A DNA stretch of 64,000 nucleotides, taken from the NCBI GenBank assembly GCA_030141605.1, contig JAQGDQ010000339.1, positions 62,001 to 126,000 on the forward strand, in the 5' to 3' direction. The DNA comes from Tubiluchus corallicola (lineage: Eukaryota; Animalia; Priapulida). The position numbers and the translations under genes are program-made. The notes under the pieces were generated by a model. That model was not told where the DNA came from. It made no database searches and saw only the letters and a list, made by a program, of their open reading frames with translations. Below, piece by piece: positions 1-12,800 of this stretch. Positions within the stretch are counted from its first letter, which is position 1; each line of letters starts with the position of its first letter.

Positions 1-128
1 GTAATAATATTGTTCCTTTGTTGTCGTCGTTACTGTTGCAGCCACTGCCGTCTTCATTAATGGATAATTTTTGTGTTTATGGGTAAGCATTGCCTGTATT
101 TCAATCGTAACTGTTTCGTTTTTTGCAG

Positions 129-3100
129 ACGTGTTAGTCTGGACGAATGATCGTGTAGTGAAATGGGTTTGCCAGGTCGGTTTGAAGGATTTTTCCTGTA
201 ACTTGCCGGAATCGGGAGTTCACGGAGCTCTGATAGCTCTTGATGAAAGCTTTGATCATAACAGTATGGCACTGGCCTTGCAAATACCTACTACCAATAC
301 ACAGGTGATGAGATGTTTTATTGTGGTTTGTTCCGTGTTTTCCCAATGTGGCGTTCAGTATTCAGATTCTTGATTCTAGAAATTAAATTTAAACAGCGAA
401 ACCTGTTATTTTGTAAGAGGCACGTTCTTAAAGCACAAGAAAACTCCCAGCTTACATGAAGCTTAAAAATTCGTCTTGAAACTTGCTATACTTTTGCTGA
501 AGATTGACAGCTCGCTACTTTTCTTCAGGACAAATGACTTCATTGGAAATGGGAGCGCTTACGCATGAAGTGATCGCGACTTTAAAGTGATTGTATTACT
601 TACACGAGGCGCAATCCTAACATTTTTCTCAGAGATTGAAATAACCTCCTAGAAGACTCAGCCTTTCCTTTAAACGTGCAATTTAGATTTATCATACTCT
701 TTTCACAAAGTCACAAAGTTGAGCAGTGTTTACCACTATAATGTCATTTTTTTACCTTCTTCACACTTGACAAAGTGATCAGTTTGACTTATTCATATTT
801 AGACAGTTATTTAATAAATGCTATAACTTATAGCATCGTCAGCCTGTGTCCTACGTGAATTACAGTGTTCACTCACTTATCGCGGGTGTTCCTTTCCAGG
901 CGATAAGTAAATTTCCACGACGTAGGGACACTATACTTATTTAATACACATTTGGGTGGCATCGTAGGGCTTGAATAAATTCAGTCTCTAACGAAAATTT
1001 CACAAATAGCATACTAGAAAACAAATTGCACGGTACTTGAGCCAATCAGCGACTGGGATGCAGAGCAGCATTCTCTGGTTGGTCGCTTTCCATCAATCAA
1101 CCAATCGTGTGTTGTGTACAATCTCACTTCGGCAAGTAGCATCTCAAGCGTGCGCAAGTACTGCATTTTGTTTTTGGTGTGTATTCATCCGCCGAATAAA
1201 TACACTATTTACTGTAAATGGTAATTTTTTATGATTTATAATATTCTTTGAAAACCCGCGAAACAGCGAGTCCACGATAAATGAACCCCGAAGTAGCGAG
1301 GGAACACTGTATTAGTTTTAGTGGAATTTTTGTACTACCTGCTGATTTGATGATATTTTCAGGCTCGTCAGATATTGGAAAGAGAATTTAACAACTTGTT
1401 AGCAATGGGAACTGATAGGCGGTTAGACGAGGTGGGTAATATTAGACATGTCTTGCTTCGCTTTCGTGTAAAGTGTTGTGTTTTTTTCGATAATGAAATA
1501 TGATATCAGATTTTAAAATTAAGTAAACATTGGGTAATTCCTTCAGGACCGTAAGATTTTGCTGCATTTTGCACATGTGAGTTCATGAAAAACTGCTCTC
1601 ACTAAACAGCGATTACATTATATGTGGTAATTTTTGTAGGCTTCTACTCCTCACACAGTAGATTTTCATGCAAAATTATGTAGAAATTGCACTAGCTTAC
1701 CTTTGACAAATTAAAAATCGGTTTTTGACGAAAAAATTGAAAAAAGCCTTCAGTAATTACAGTATTTGCACTGTAACAATGTACAGTATCACTTGTGTGA
1801 ATTGGCTAAAACAGAAAATTTTAACTATCCAGACACAACATTCTGATATACTTTGACCTCAAGTCTGCTCTATTTTTAAGGAGAAATTCCTGTTAAAAGG
1901 TGAAACAACCTTAATTTCTCCTTGGCTGATTGGTTAGTTTTTCCTGGAATAGCAGCAGAACACTCCACAGCTTGGGCTGTAGTAAGAAGGTGATCTATAA
2001 ATTAGTGTGTACGATCACGCAAGTGTACACCAGACTAAGGTACTCAATAGGCTAAGTTGGAGTGCCTGAAAGGGGCGTATTTTTCTGAATTTTATTAAAT
2101 TAAATCACTTGCAAATGTTTAAACAAATAGATCAATTGGACAGCCGAGATTTTCCTGAATAGAATAGTACCTAATTTGCAATCATTTAGTTATGTCTGTG
2201 CTCATACAGTAGCAGAAAAGTCACAGGACTTATAAGATCTATTTTGATTAGTGCGATCCTGACGGAGTTTAAAATCTAATAGCCATTGAGTTTTGCAAAT
2301 GACCCCTTTCTAACGCCAACCTCGTACAATGCCCGAATTTTTAGCAAAACAAAACACGTTGGCATAGATGCGTATACTATTATTATTTTTTTATTACTAT
2401 TTATTAGACAAAAACACCATTACAGTTACATGCACAGACATACTATATACAATTGCAAAACTGAAAAAAAAAGTACCACAAATACTTACAAGTGAGCAAT
2501 TAATTAGTTAATTAATTAGTTATTAATTAATACTTAACTGCTTGCAGCTGAGTCATAATGCACCCTGTTATAATGCCAAACTCACTTAACGCCATATAAT
2601 GCCAAAGTCGCTTAACGTCATATAATGCCAAACTCACTTAACGCCATGTAATGCCAAAGTCGCTTAATGCCATACAATGCCAAAGTCGCTTAACGCCATA
2701 CAATGCCAAAGTCGCTTAACGCCATACAATGCCAAAGTCGCTTAACGCCATATAATGCCAAACTCGCTTCGCACCATATAATGCCAAACTCGCTTAACGC
2801 CTTATAACTCCATACTCGCTTAACGCCATATAATGCGACACTCGCTTAACGCCATATAATGTCAAACTCGCTTAACGCTACCTTTTTGCAGTCTATATCC
2901 TATATTTTAGAGCAGATAGAACTTTTTGTGTCTTAAAATTCATTTTTCCCTTTATATGTGTATTTTTTATGCTTTCCTGTACACTGCAAGTCAGTATCCA
3001 GCACATGATGGCAGGACCTGCTTAATATTAATGTTTGTAACGAAACTGGAGCCTCTCTCATTATCAAGGGCAACCCTCTGAAATCAGACACTAAACTGGC

Positions 3101-3441
3101 AAAGGTATTTTAGCCACATTTTGGTGCATATACATCATCCTTTGCACGGTGAATAGCCAGAATCAGCATGGCGAATAAAAACTGTCCAGAGTGAGTATCG
3201 AAACATAGTGCAGTTACCCTCAGCTATTTAATCCACATGTAATTAATGCAGCATGATGGAAGTGTGTGGCTTAATTTGTTGTTAAACACATTTTCAATGC
3301 ATTTTTCAAACAAATGGCAATATTTTACAGGGCGATAGCAAATCTTACAAGATGGCATCTTGGAAGAAGCCACTGTTTCCAAACCAGCATTCCGAAATCG
3401 ATGTGATTGGCCGAGAGCTTTCACCTGACACCGACGGTTGA
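129..3441 (+). CDS. PPFIA: Liprin-alpha (PPFIA/SYD-2 family), 3' part only; exons 129-304, 1363-1431, 3331-3441 (stop). Gene starts upstream of the window
   Basis: Exons translate to [59 protein letters not shown] / [23 protein letters not shown], which I recognise as the third SAM domain of liprin-alpha. AG/GT sites and phases are consistent. The terminal exon [16 protein letters not shown]...DG* resembles the DDDKSFRRAPSWRKK segment but is less certain. Confidence 0.93.
863..1309. mobile_element. MITE, Tc1/mariner-pogo type
   Basis: Imperfect TIRs CAGTGTTCACTCAC...GCGAGGGAACACTG with TA on both sides; no coding capacity; lies in a liprin intron. Confidence 0.75.
1535..1690. repeat. Dispersed repeat fragment, possibly a piggyBac-like MITE end; second copy at ~42971-43110
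   Basis: Both copies share ccttcaggaccgtaaga...catgaaaaact...cactaa.cagcgattac; the second copy begins TTAA-CTCCTT. Confidence 0.5.
2571..2879. repeat. 26-bp minisatellite (TAATGCCAAACTCGCTTAACGCCATA), ~12 copies
   Basis: Tandem copies directly visible. Confidence 0.9.
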
Positions 3442-3714
3442 CGAACGTGCATGTGCCGCTAGACTATAATTGAGTATTGTTTATTTACTTACGCAACTGT
3501 CAGCACTTCGTGGTTGACACTAGAGAAATTTACATCGAAGCAGAAATGCATCGAGTGCAATATCATGTGTAGAACAAATGAATTCGTTTTTTTATTTTAT
3601 ATAATTGTATTTATTTTCACTCTCGCTGGTTTATTTTAGTTTCATGGTTCTTTGTTTGAAAATTGATGGGACTAGTCATTCTGCTTTTCATTTATCATTG
3701 GCCTCAATCGTCAT

Positions 3715-4375
3715 ATGTGTGCTCACATAGCAAAATCATCCATAAGTCGGCAATTAAGCTTTTCTAGTTATTCACATATCCTGCCATTTCATGAGGATCA
3801 TTTTGGTACCAAGCTCATTGTTCTATGTTATTTCTAAGCTGAGATAATCCACGTTGAAATTGAGGTACAGGTTATGCAGTGAAAAACATAACCTTGAGAA
3901 AATCTCTGCTAAAGTTAGCCATTGTTTTTTGTCGCATCAATACATAACACTTAGCAACTGTACGAAAGTGTGGTTGCTATGGACTTTGTAAGAGCACATT
4001 GAAGTTATGTTTAAATCCAGTAGATGGCTCTTCCTGACGAAGATTAGCGCTTGGCAGCAGAAAAGACCCGAAGCAAAATGGCTGCTTTCACGAGCTACAA
4101 TCGAAGTTTGAAAATACAAATTTTTTGCAATTGCAGTACTAGTTCTAGACAGAAAAGTGGGTAAGGAGTTATAAAATTAAATTTTTAGTATTTTTTGAAC
4201 ACTTTCTTGATAATTTGATGCCAGAACATAAAAGTCCAATATATTTAGCGTTGGTTTTCGCAAACTACGTAAAATTGACATTTGACCAAATTATTGGTGC
4301 ATTCTACTTTGAAGCATCATAACATAGTTTTAACTATGCCGATTTATGGACGGTTTTGGTTTGCAAGCAGCACAT
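3715..4375. mobile_element. Non-autonomous TIR element, family A (~660 bp); reverse-oriented copies at ~12694-13160, ~14513-15111, ~15952-16596
   Basis: Termini TGTGTGCT...GCACA with subterminal inverted tccataagtcggca/tgccgatttatgga; four clearly homologous copies in the window. Confidence 0.85.
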
Positions 4376-5777
4376 ATAGTTGTTTATTGTATGAAGCGTA
4401 TCGTTCTTTGTGAATTTTTTTATGTGGCGTTCCCCAGGGGACCATTTTGTTGCCCACCTTATTCATCACTTATACAATGTTAACTCTAATGTGAAAGTTT
4501 TTGCCGTTTGAAAGTCTCTGTTGTATTGCCACTATACTGTATACATGCCATCCAAGTTTTTGGAGTGAAATTTTTGGAAAAAAGTTCTTGTTTCCGGAAT
4601 TGTAAATGTCGTTTTCAGGCAAAACTTCGTTTAGGGAAGCCTTTTAGACTAAGAAATATTTCAACTAGACTTTCTGCTAGAGGTTGTGATATATTTTATG
4701 CATAGTTGTTAAATTATTGTTTGTATAAACTTTTTGTGTTGTTATTATTATATCACAGTTGTTATGCTGCACGTAGCTTTAGATATCACGAAATTTTCTT
4801 TTACGGTTGTGTAGTAGGTACTTAGAGCATGGCCGGCCCCATGGTCAATTGTGCAGCTGGCTCACGTGAGCTGCATGTCGTAAAATATATCTTATGATGT
4901 CTTGATTCTTTAAAATTTTCCGAAGCCAGGTTTAACCTTGCGACAAGTTCAGAGCCCCAGTCTTTGTGCTGCCATTGATTACTCATTAGACTCACACTTC
5001 GCTGATTTAGAATGTAAAATTATCGCGTGGTTTCACAATTTAAGAAGCCGTGCTCAAGATTATGAGCACCCGAGAAACGGCATCCATTCCGAGTTTAACC
5101 GCAGATGGGATTTTCTGTTTCGGGCTTACGTGTACCCAACTGAGATCGGCAAAAAACCTAGTTTCAAAGGTCGGGCAGCGAGTTGGTATATTTCGGGTCT
5201 GTGAGTTGGTATCTTTAGTTTGCCACTGCATCTGCATCGATTCGGAGGTCCAGTAAATGAGAGCTATTGATTTCTCCAAATTTTTGTTACTTATGGGTAC
5301 AACTTTATGTCTTGGGTCATTTGATTTCTGGTCACTGAGTTCAGATCCAAGCTAGATTTAGCATAAATTTTTCGTTTTTTCTCAACTTACGCACAGTTTA
5401 TGAAACATGTGAAAGCTATTGTTTCAAATACAATGTCGACAAAACTAATCAGTTCTATTCATTTATGGAAAGCAAAACAGCCATTCAGATCGCCTCACTC
5501 TGTTGTTGAGTTAAAACTAGAAGTTACTCAACTAAGAGTTGAGATGTTTGCAGATTATGAGAGAGATGAAAAGAATGAAAAACTGAATAAAATTATACAT
5601 GTATTGGATGGGATACTTAAAGATGATACTTACACGCAGTTTATGAAACATGCGAAAGCTATTGTTTCAGCTCTTCGAATGGTTTTGCAAAAAATCTTGA
5701 AAATTAGATGACCACAATAAAATGGACAAAACGGAAGGTAGCAATGTCTCCTTTCTCTTAGGCAAATGATGTAACTA

Positions 5778-6232
5778 CAGTCAACCTCGGGTATAAGGTA
5801 CCCGCTTATCAGAGAGCACCTACCCCGGTCCCGATTTTTCGTATACAAGGTACTCGGATATAAGGTACTGTCGGTTATAAGGGACGATATCTTCAGGCCG
5901 CACGTAAGAGAAACCCTGGTAATTTACCTCGCATATAAGGGACCCTATGATCAAAGCGAAATTGATCGATTTTTAACCTCAATTTTTCACAAACTCGGCC
6001 TTCGAACAGCTCGGTTTCCGCGGTCACATACATCTCGCATCACTGAAGGAGCTTCCTACACACCGTTTGCGCTGAATGTGCAGCAATAATCCATAAAAAT
6101 ATGGGTAAAAGTACAGAAAAGTACAGGTCTAGATACACCCTCGGTCTGACTGAACTTTGGCTATAAGGGACATTGGATATAAGGGACGGTTTTTTCCGGT
6201 CCCGAGGTGTCCCTTATGTCCGAGGTTGACCG
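5778..6232. mobile_element. MITE family B (pogo/Tigger-like); second copy ~11803-12260
   Basis: TA-CAGTCAACCTCGG...CCGAGGTTGACCG-TA, internal TATAAGG subrepeats, near-identical second copy. Confidence 0.85.
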
Positions 6233-6293
6233 TAGTAATAGAATAGTGAATTGTGACATACTTATATGTTTTTTGCACATTAAAATTAAATTA

Positions 6294-6618
6294 CAGTCGA
6301 CACTAGTTAAACCGGACCCTGTTAGCCCGAATATCGGATAAGACGGACGTCATTCGTGGTAAAGGAAACTGACCGATTTCCGTCCGAGCCAGAGCGCTAA
6401 ACACAACACGGCCTACCAACTGTACAATAATTTCTTTATCCTCACAGGTTAACTATTTTAAAGTAATATACATATAGTATATAGTGCAATGTATATAGGC
6501 CTTATTAAGGTGATTATTCCTGTATAATATAGACCATATACATAGGCATATCGGATAAATCGGACAATCGGCTAAACCGGACCCCCCCCAATTAGTCCGG
6601 TTTAACGAGGGTTGACTG
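6294..6618. mobile_element. MITE (pogo/Tigger-like)
   Basis: TA-CAGTCGACACTAGTTAACCGGAC...GTCCGGTTTAACGAGGGTTGACTG-TA. Confidence 0.75.
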
Positions 6619-6843
6619 TAATTATTTAACCTAAATGTTGATGAATCGCCTACTGAAGTGAATGCGAAGGGTCGCGTTCAATTCAGACTCAGTTTCAGTT
6701 TTTCTTCTTTTTTTAGACATGTTTAGATTCAAAAATTTAACGAATTACAAGTTAGTTCTTTTACATTGCTGTCACCGAACGTGAGAGGTTGTGTCGATTG
6801 TAAACTCTAGTCAATGAAGCCGTTCTGAATGCCAGCGGTACTA

Positions 6844-7616
6844 CAGTAGAATTCGCTTAATAAATCCACAGATAATAAGCACAGCAGCTGATTGTGGCGA
6901 TTATTGCTGGAAAGGAACCGTGTAATGCTTTAACCTATAGTAAAAAATCTGGGGTTTATTAAATCCAAACTTCGCCTAGCAAGCTGCGAAGATGACAAAA
7001 TTGTGACGTACGACCATGCGATTGTCCCGCACTTTCACCTGACCTACATCAGAGCATCTCTATTCTAAGCACATTTTACACGTTTGCATTTTTCCACTCA
7101 ATTCTTGTCTGTAGCGGCCTAATTTACGCGTTACAATGCAGAAGCATCAGTCGAGTGCAAGACGAGAGATTTAATTTGATTAAATTAACATGCTAATTAA
7201 CAAGGCGAGAGATTTAATTAGGTTAAATTAACACGCTAATTCTTGCTGATAGACCGTTGCATGCAAGAATGTTACTGACTCAAATAAATCACTGCTGAAT
7301 CATCGCTGATATTAAAGTTGCACTTTTTAACTCGGCAATCAGCTTACCACATGTAAAGGACTTCACAGAAAAATAATACCTGCTTTACGCGAGTTACTTT
7401 AATTATACGAAGGCTAATATATTATTGCATTTTACGTAAAAACTTTTTGCGGGCTTTTACAGAGAGCTGACAATATTGGCTTCGTAAATAAACAATATGC
7501 ACTATATTAACATAGAGAATATGCTACTTAATAGGTCTCTTTGGCTTATAAATTCATCCTCTTAATAAATTCATTTAGCTTCACACAAAGGTGGATTTAT
7601 TAAGCGCAGTTTACAG
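6844..7616. mobile_element. MITE (pogo/Tigger-like)
   Basis: TA-CAGTAGAATTCGCTTAATAAATCCAC...GTGGATTTATTAAGCGCAGTTTACAG-TA imperfect TIRs. Confidence 0.7.
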
Positions 7617-8572
7617 TACAAGTTACCTGTGTTTCTCCACCTATCAAAATGAATGTAACCTTAAGCAGTTTCATTATTAACATTAATTAGTGTAATTAAA
7701 ATTGTAAAACATCATGTTTAGCTGCCTGGATTTGCGAAATATTTAGAAAATTTGCAAAAAATTTTCGAGTGTAACTCCATTTCTTTTCTGTCAATAATAG
7801 TTTTGTCACTATTTTGTAGATATCTTTTTGTACCTAGTGAAAGTTTACTATTTAGATCTAGTTTAATTTTTCATATTTTTTTCGGTATGCTAGTGTAGTT
7901 AGTTAGGTTGTGAAATCATGGCATTTCTGCATAAAATGTTGACCATTGTATTTACATAAATAATTGTACCAAAGTTTAACGAATATCAGCGCTAAGCACA
8001 AACACTGTAAAAACCTATGTGTCTAGTGAATTTTTTGTTAATATTGTAAATTATTGTTATTATTTATTATAAAATGAATAATTTTATTCTATTCTCTAAT
8101 GTAAGATCTTACAGGTTAACTAGTGTCGACCTCTAGTGAGAATATTGTGAGTTAGTGATTTACAATTAAACGCGAAACGTTCGCTATGTGAGATGCTTCA
8201 ATAATATTTATAATAGTTATAAATCTATAATCATACTTATAATGATTTAAATAAATGCTTGCAATACATTATAAACAATTATTACTTGTTGAAACATTTA
8301 TTTTTAAAGTGTAACACGACGGCTGCAATGCTACAACAGTGATCTAGCATATCTAACTGAAGTAGGTAAGTTACTAACACTACTACTACCTACTAACACT
8401 ACGTTACAACCAAAGTAAAAATATAGACAACATGAAATTTAATTCATACAATTTCATTTGAATATTTTACCGGAGAGCTGGCTGGCAGTGATCCAGTGAT
8501 GGGGAAAATGGGAATATCCAGAATAGTTGGGATATGTCAATCTTGGCATTCAAAAAATTTGAGAATTCTTAA

Positions 8573-9017
8573 AGGAAAGGTGAAGTCATTTAGCAAATTA
8601 GATTTTATTTTACTGGTATCACTTAAATTTGGAAAAATGTAACAAAAAGTTAATTCACACTACAGCTAGAAATTTTCGGGTGCTGTGTTTATGGTTGTTG
8701 CAAATGCATTGTGGTTTCTCCCCGTAAGCATTCTCTGCCTTCCTAAACTTCATCCAAAAATACCACAAATTTAGCTAATTTTTCGAAACCTATTATTGTC
8801 ACTGCACTGATTTTCTTCAGTAGACGAGTGATGTCACTGGTGGAAGAGTGTGCGTTTAAAATGAGGGCGCTTAAGCGTGAAATAATTGCGACTTTAAAAA
8901 AAGTGATTTTACTAATTACACGAGGCGATTATTGCACTTTTTTTACAGACATTATTGCCTTTAACATTTTTCTAACAGTTAAACAAAATTAACTTCATAA
9001 AAGGCTTGACCTTTCCT
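8573..9017. mobile_element. TTAA-flanked MITE, Kolobok-like (family D); partial relatives at ~430-673, ~19250-19400, ~32510-32590, ~48690-49004
   Basis: TTAA-AGGAAAGGTGAAGTC...GGCTTGACCTTTCCT-TTAA; purine-purine termini plus a TTAA target fit Kolobok better than piggyBac. Confidence 0.7.
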
Positions 9018-9218
9018 TTAATAAAATGATTTAATAAAACAAGATGATATGCTTAAGCGGTTAATAGGTTTGTAAATTTACGTAACATGCAAATTGTAAA
9101 CTGGCTTGCAAGTTTTTGTAAATATACAGCAATGTAACCAAAACAGCATCATTTTCATACACTTTGCAATTCACATGCATTCACTTCATACGAAAGATAA
9201 AAATATTCCGTCGGCTAA

Positions 9219-9340
9219 AGTTTACAGTTCCCTCACACACAAGAAATTAATTCGTGAAGCAGATTAGGATTAGGCTTAGGGTTGGGGTTAGGGCTAGTGT
9301 TAGGGTTAGGGTATTTAAATTGTGTGGGAAATTATAAACT
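9219..9340. repeat. Degenerate (TTAGGG)n tract (~9262-9312) enclosed by ~20-bp inverted repeats
   Basis: agtttacagttccctcacaca ... ttagggttggggttagggctagtgttagggttaggg ... tgtgtgggaaattataaact. Confidence 0.7.
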
Positions 9341-9848
9341 CCTATTCTGTCTTCTAATTTCAGGCGACAAGATCATTGATTACATTTACACCAACAAAAA
9401 CAACAATATAAGAATTAACTTCAAATATTACAGTACATCTTGCTAATCTAGGCACAACTACTCTAGGTTCAAGTTTAGAGAAGCAAATGCACATAAACAG
9501 TACAGACTTATCAAGGAACGATCAGACGCACATCGTTTTGGCTGGCAAACCACCATTTCTCGCTTACAAATTTAACTAAAAATTTGAATTTGTGTCTCTA
9601 AAATGAAGTATGTTATTGGCATTAAGCATCAAAGGCTACAGTTTTCCCAATGTCAGTAAGGACTGCAAAATAAGTTTCGTCCCTTCTACACATCAAAACG
9701 CTGTCCGCGTGTACTGATACGAGCACGGCAATGGAACGCCTCAATGGAAACATCTATTCTGCACAAACTTACGTTGTGACTCTAAAAAATATTCCATTTG
9801 AGTGGAGAATTCCACGTCGAATGACAGAACCACGCGGAATTTCACATT

Positions 9849-12800
9849 TCACGATGTTTCCATTGCTGCCGCATCAACGCTGGTGTCTGCAGTGTCGCCC
9901 TCTGGCTTAGGTTTCTCCTCTGTCGGTTCGTCACTTACAGAGTCGCGGTTAACGGCTGTCGCCGAATCACCAGAAGCGGCCGACACGTCGCCGGATGCAG
10001 CCGGTGCGTCGTTTCGTTCATCGGACTCAGCCGACTGAAAAAGAATGTAAAAAAGTGCGTCTTTGACTCGTTTATTTTCAAACATTATCGCTTAGCGTAT
10101 AACAATTGCTTTTGAAATCATTCTTTATGTAACCTAGTGCTCTCTTGCGATTGTCAAATCAGGTTTGCTCGTCCTGGTTAGGTGACGAGTGGTCTAGATT
10201 TCAGACTGCAACCACACAGTCAAGTGTTCGAATCTAGCAGCTGCCAACGGCAGGGCATATACCATACATCTTTTCGTTATATGTGTGTTGCGCCCTTACC
10301 TGTATAAACAGCCTTTAAAGGAAAACCGGACAATTGTGTAAACATTAGTTCAGAATAAAGAATGTTCTGAAATATTGAAAATTACAATAGCTTATTTTAA
10401 ATTAAAGCTTAGATTAAATAATAATTACCTCGGATACTCAAATTTTGTTAAACCACGTGCGCGTGGCCGACAAATAGAAGGCAGTACCGTGATAACCATG
10501 ATCATGAACTGCAATGTTAGTTTCTGAAGTCATATGATGTAAAGCCCATTTTTCGTGACATCACGCATTTAAGTAGTACTGTAACACTTACGCAAACGTG
10601 CTTGGCGTGCAAGGAAAGGTGTGCACAAACTGCGGTTAGTTTCTGACGTAAGCAATAGCTGTGTTCGGTTGCCGTTAATTACCTTTCTAAGCTAATTATT
10701 CAAATAAGAGAAACAATTGCTAACTCTTGTAGGCAAGAAAATGTATATTTTGGACAGTAAATTAAAATGAGATTGAGTCTAAACAATCGTCCGGTCTTCC
10801 TTTAATGCTAATGTTGTCCAGTATGATCGCAGACAGTAAATAAACGTTGTCTTTGTATTTGGTGAAAGTTGGTTATTATGCATAATTCTAGCTGAAAAAA
10901 GCTGATCAATTCCTTTAATGACTAGAGAGCATTCAGTAGAGTGACAAAGTTGTCCCAACGAGATGGAGGCATGGACTGTAGTTTTCACTTAAACTTATAC
11001 TAAACCTCTGAAAAACACGGCTACCATCATATAATGTACATCATAATTGCGTATTTAAAATTAAATGCAATGACACGACCATCCCACGGGCTTAAACTAA
11101 AAGAATATGTCATTGATCGTCTTTGTTATCTGAATAGCTAAGAGCCTAGAAAAAGTGGCGACAGACAGACAGACACGCAGACATGAAAATTCGGATCATG
11201 TACATTTTCGCAAGCAGGGGGTGACAGGATACTAACAATTAAGAGTGTTTAATGGGCGCAAAGCAGGCAAAAATATGAACATTTTCTACTAGTGTCCAAA
11301 TACAATGTCCAAAAACAAAGACAAAGAAGAAAGAAAATGTACAGCAGGAGAAGAAAGAAGAGCAAAACAGATTTGACAAAAGGCACAGTTCTGATACAGA
11401 CTTTCCTAACACACTTTTTTCGTAACATTCATCACAGAAAGATTTCACCTATTGCCTTACCTCGTCATATGGCTTCTCCTTCTCCTCTTCCACTTCAATC
11501 TCCATCTTTCCTTCTTCTTCTTCTTCAGTTGTTTTCCCTGTGTCGGTTTCCTTTTTCTCTTTCTCTTCTGGTCGGTATTTCTTCACGTTGACGTAAGCGA
11601 ATCCGCGGATGCCGCCTAGTTGTTCAGAGTGAAAGTTAGCTATCAGTTTGCGTCGACCGTAACGTGCAGCTGTTGCCGTAAGCGTGACGGCTGATTCCTT
11701 GTGGGCATGTATGTTACCTCTAGAAAAAAATGTGAGCATGGGTTACACTGATGCACCATAATTTCTCACAGATTCCTAAAAAAACGTGTCTATATAAACT
11801 TACAGTCAACCTCGGGTATAAGGCACTCGCTTATAAGGGACCACTAACACCGTCCCGATTTTTCGTAACATTTTTCCTATGTAAAATCTTCATATATAAG
11901 GTACTCAGATATAAGGGAATTTCGGTTATAAGGGACGATATCTTCAGGTCCCGCGTAATAGAAATCCGGGTAAATTACCTCGCATATAAGGGACCCTATG
12001 ATCAAAGCGAAATCGATCGATTTTTAACCTCAATTTTTCACAAACTCGGCCTTCGAACAGCTCGGTTTCCACGGTCACATACATCTCGCATCACTGAAAG
12101 AACTTCCTACATACCGTTTGCACTGAATGTGTAGCAATAATCCATAAAAATATGAGTAAAAGTACAAAAAAGTATAGGTCTAGATACACCCTCGGTCTGA
12201 CTCAACTTCGGCTACAAGGGACATCGGATATAAGGGATGGCTTTTCTGGTCCGGAGGTGTTTATTTCACACGCTTTCCCACTTTTCCTGCATTTTTTAAT
12301 ATACATTTTTTGCAACATTATTTTCACTTTCAAACATCGTGATTTTTTCCCCCTGTCATATCCTTTACCACAGTCGTATTTTTCGTTCTAACTTCCACTG
12401 TTGCAAACGCAATCAAAATTTTTTTCCTCGACTATCCTGTGGGATTAATCCAAGTTGCGCTTTTACTCGAAAATTATTCGTTTTCCTAGCGGTTTTGATT
12501 ATTTTTAAATTTTATGAATTTCCAAATTCTACAGATGACCAAAAACCCATCTGTAATAAGAGATTCTAAGTCGTCTTCAGTATCAATAATAAAATTAAAA
12601 TTACTACATTGATCAATAAAATTATAGATAAAACAGATTAGGGGTCACTGTGGAAACTCCCACTTTGCATAATACTTGATTTTATAAAACTGTTTGTGTG
12701 CTTGCAAACAAAAACCGTTGTGATGCTTCAAAGTAGAATGCACCAAAAATTTGGTCAAATGTCGATTTTTTATTTTTTATGAAAACAAATGCTAAATATA

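Noticed and set aside
9802-10038. Plus-strand 78-aa Ser/Ala-rich ORF
   Set aside because: Antisense shadow of TGase exon 18.
11751-12569. Cluster of 76-127 aa ORFs
   Set aside because: They lie in MITE family B and adjacent repeat sequence; no domain similarity.
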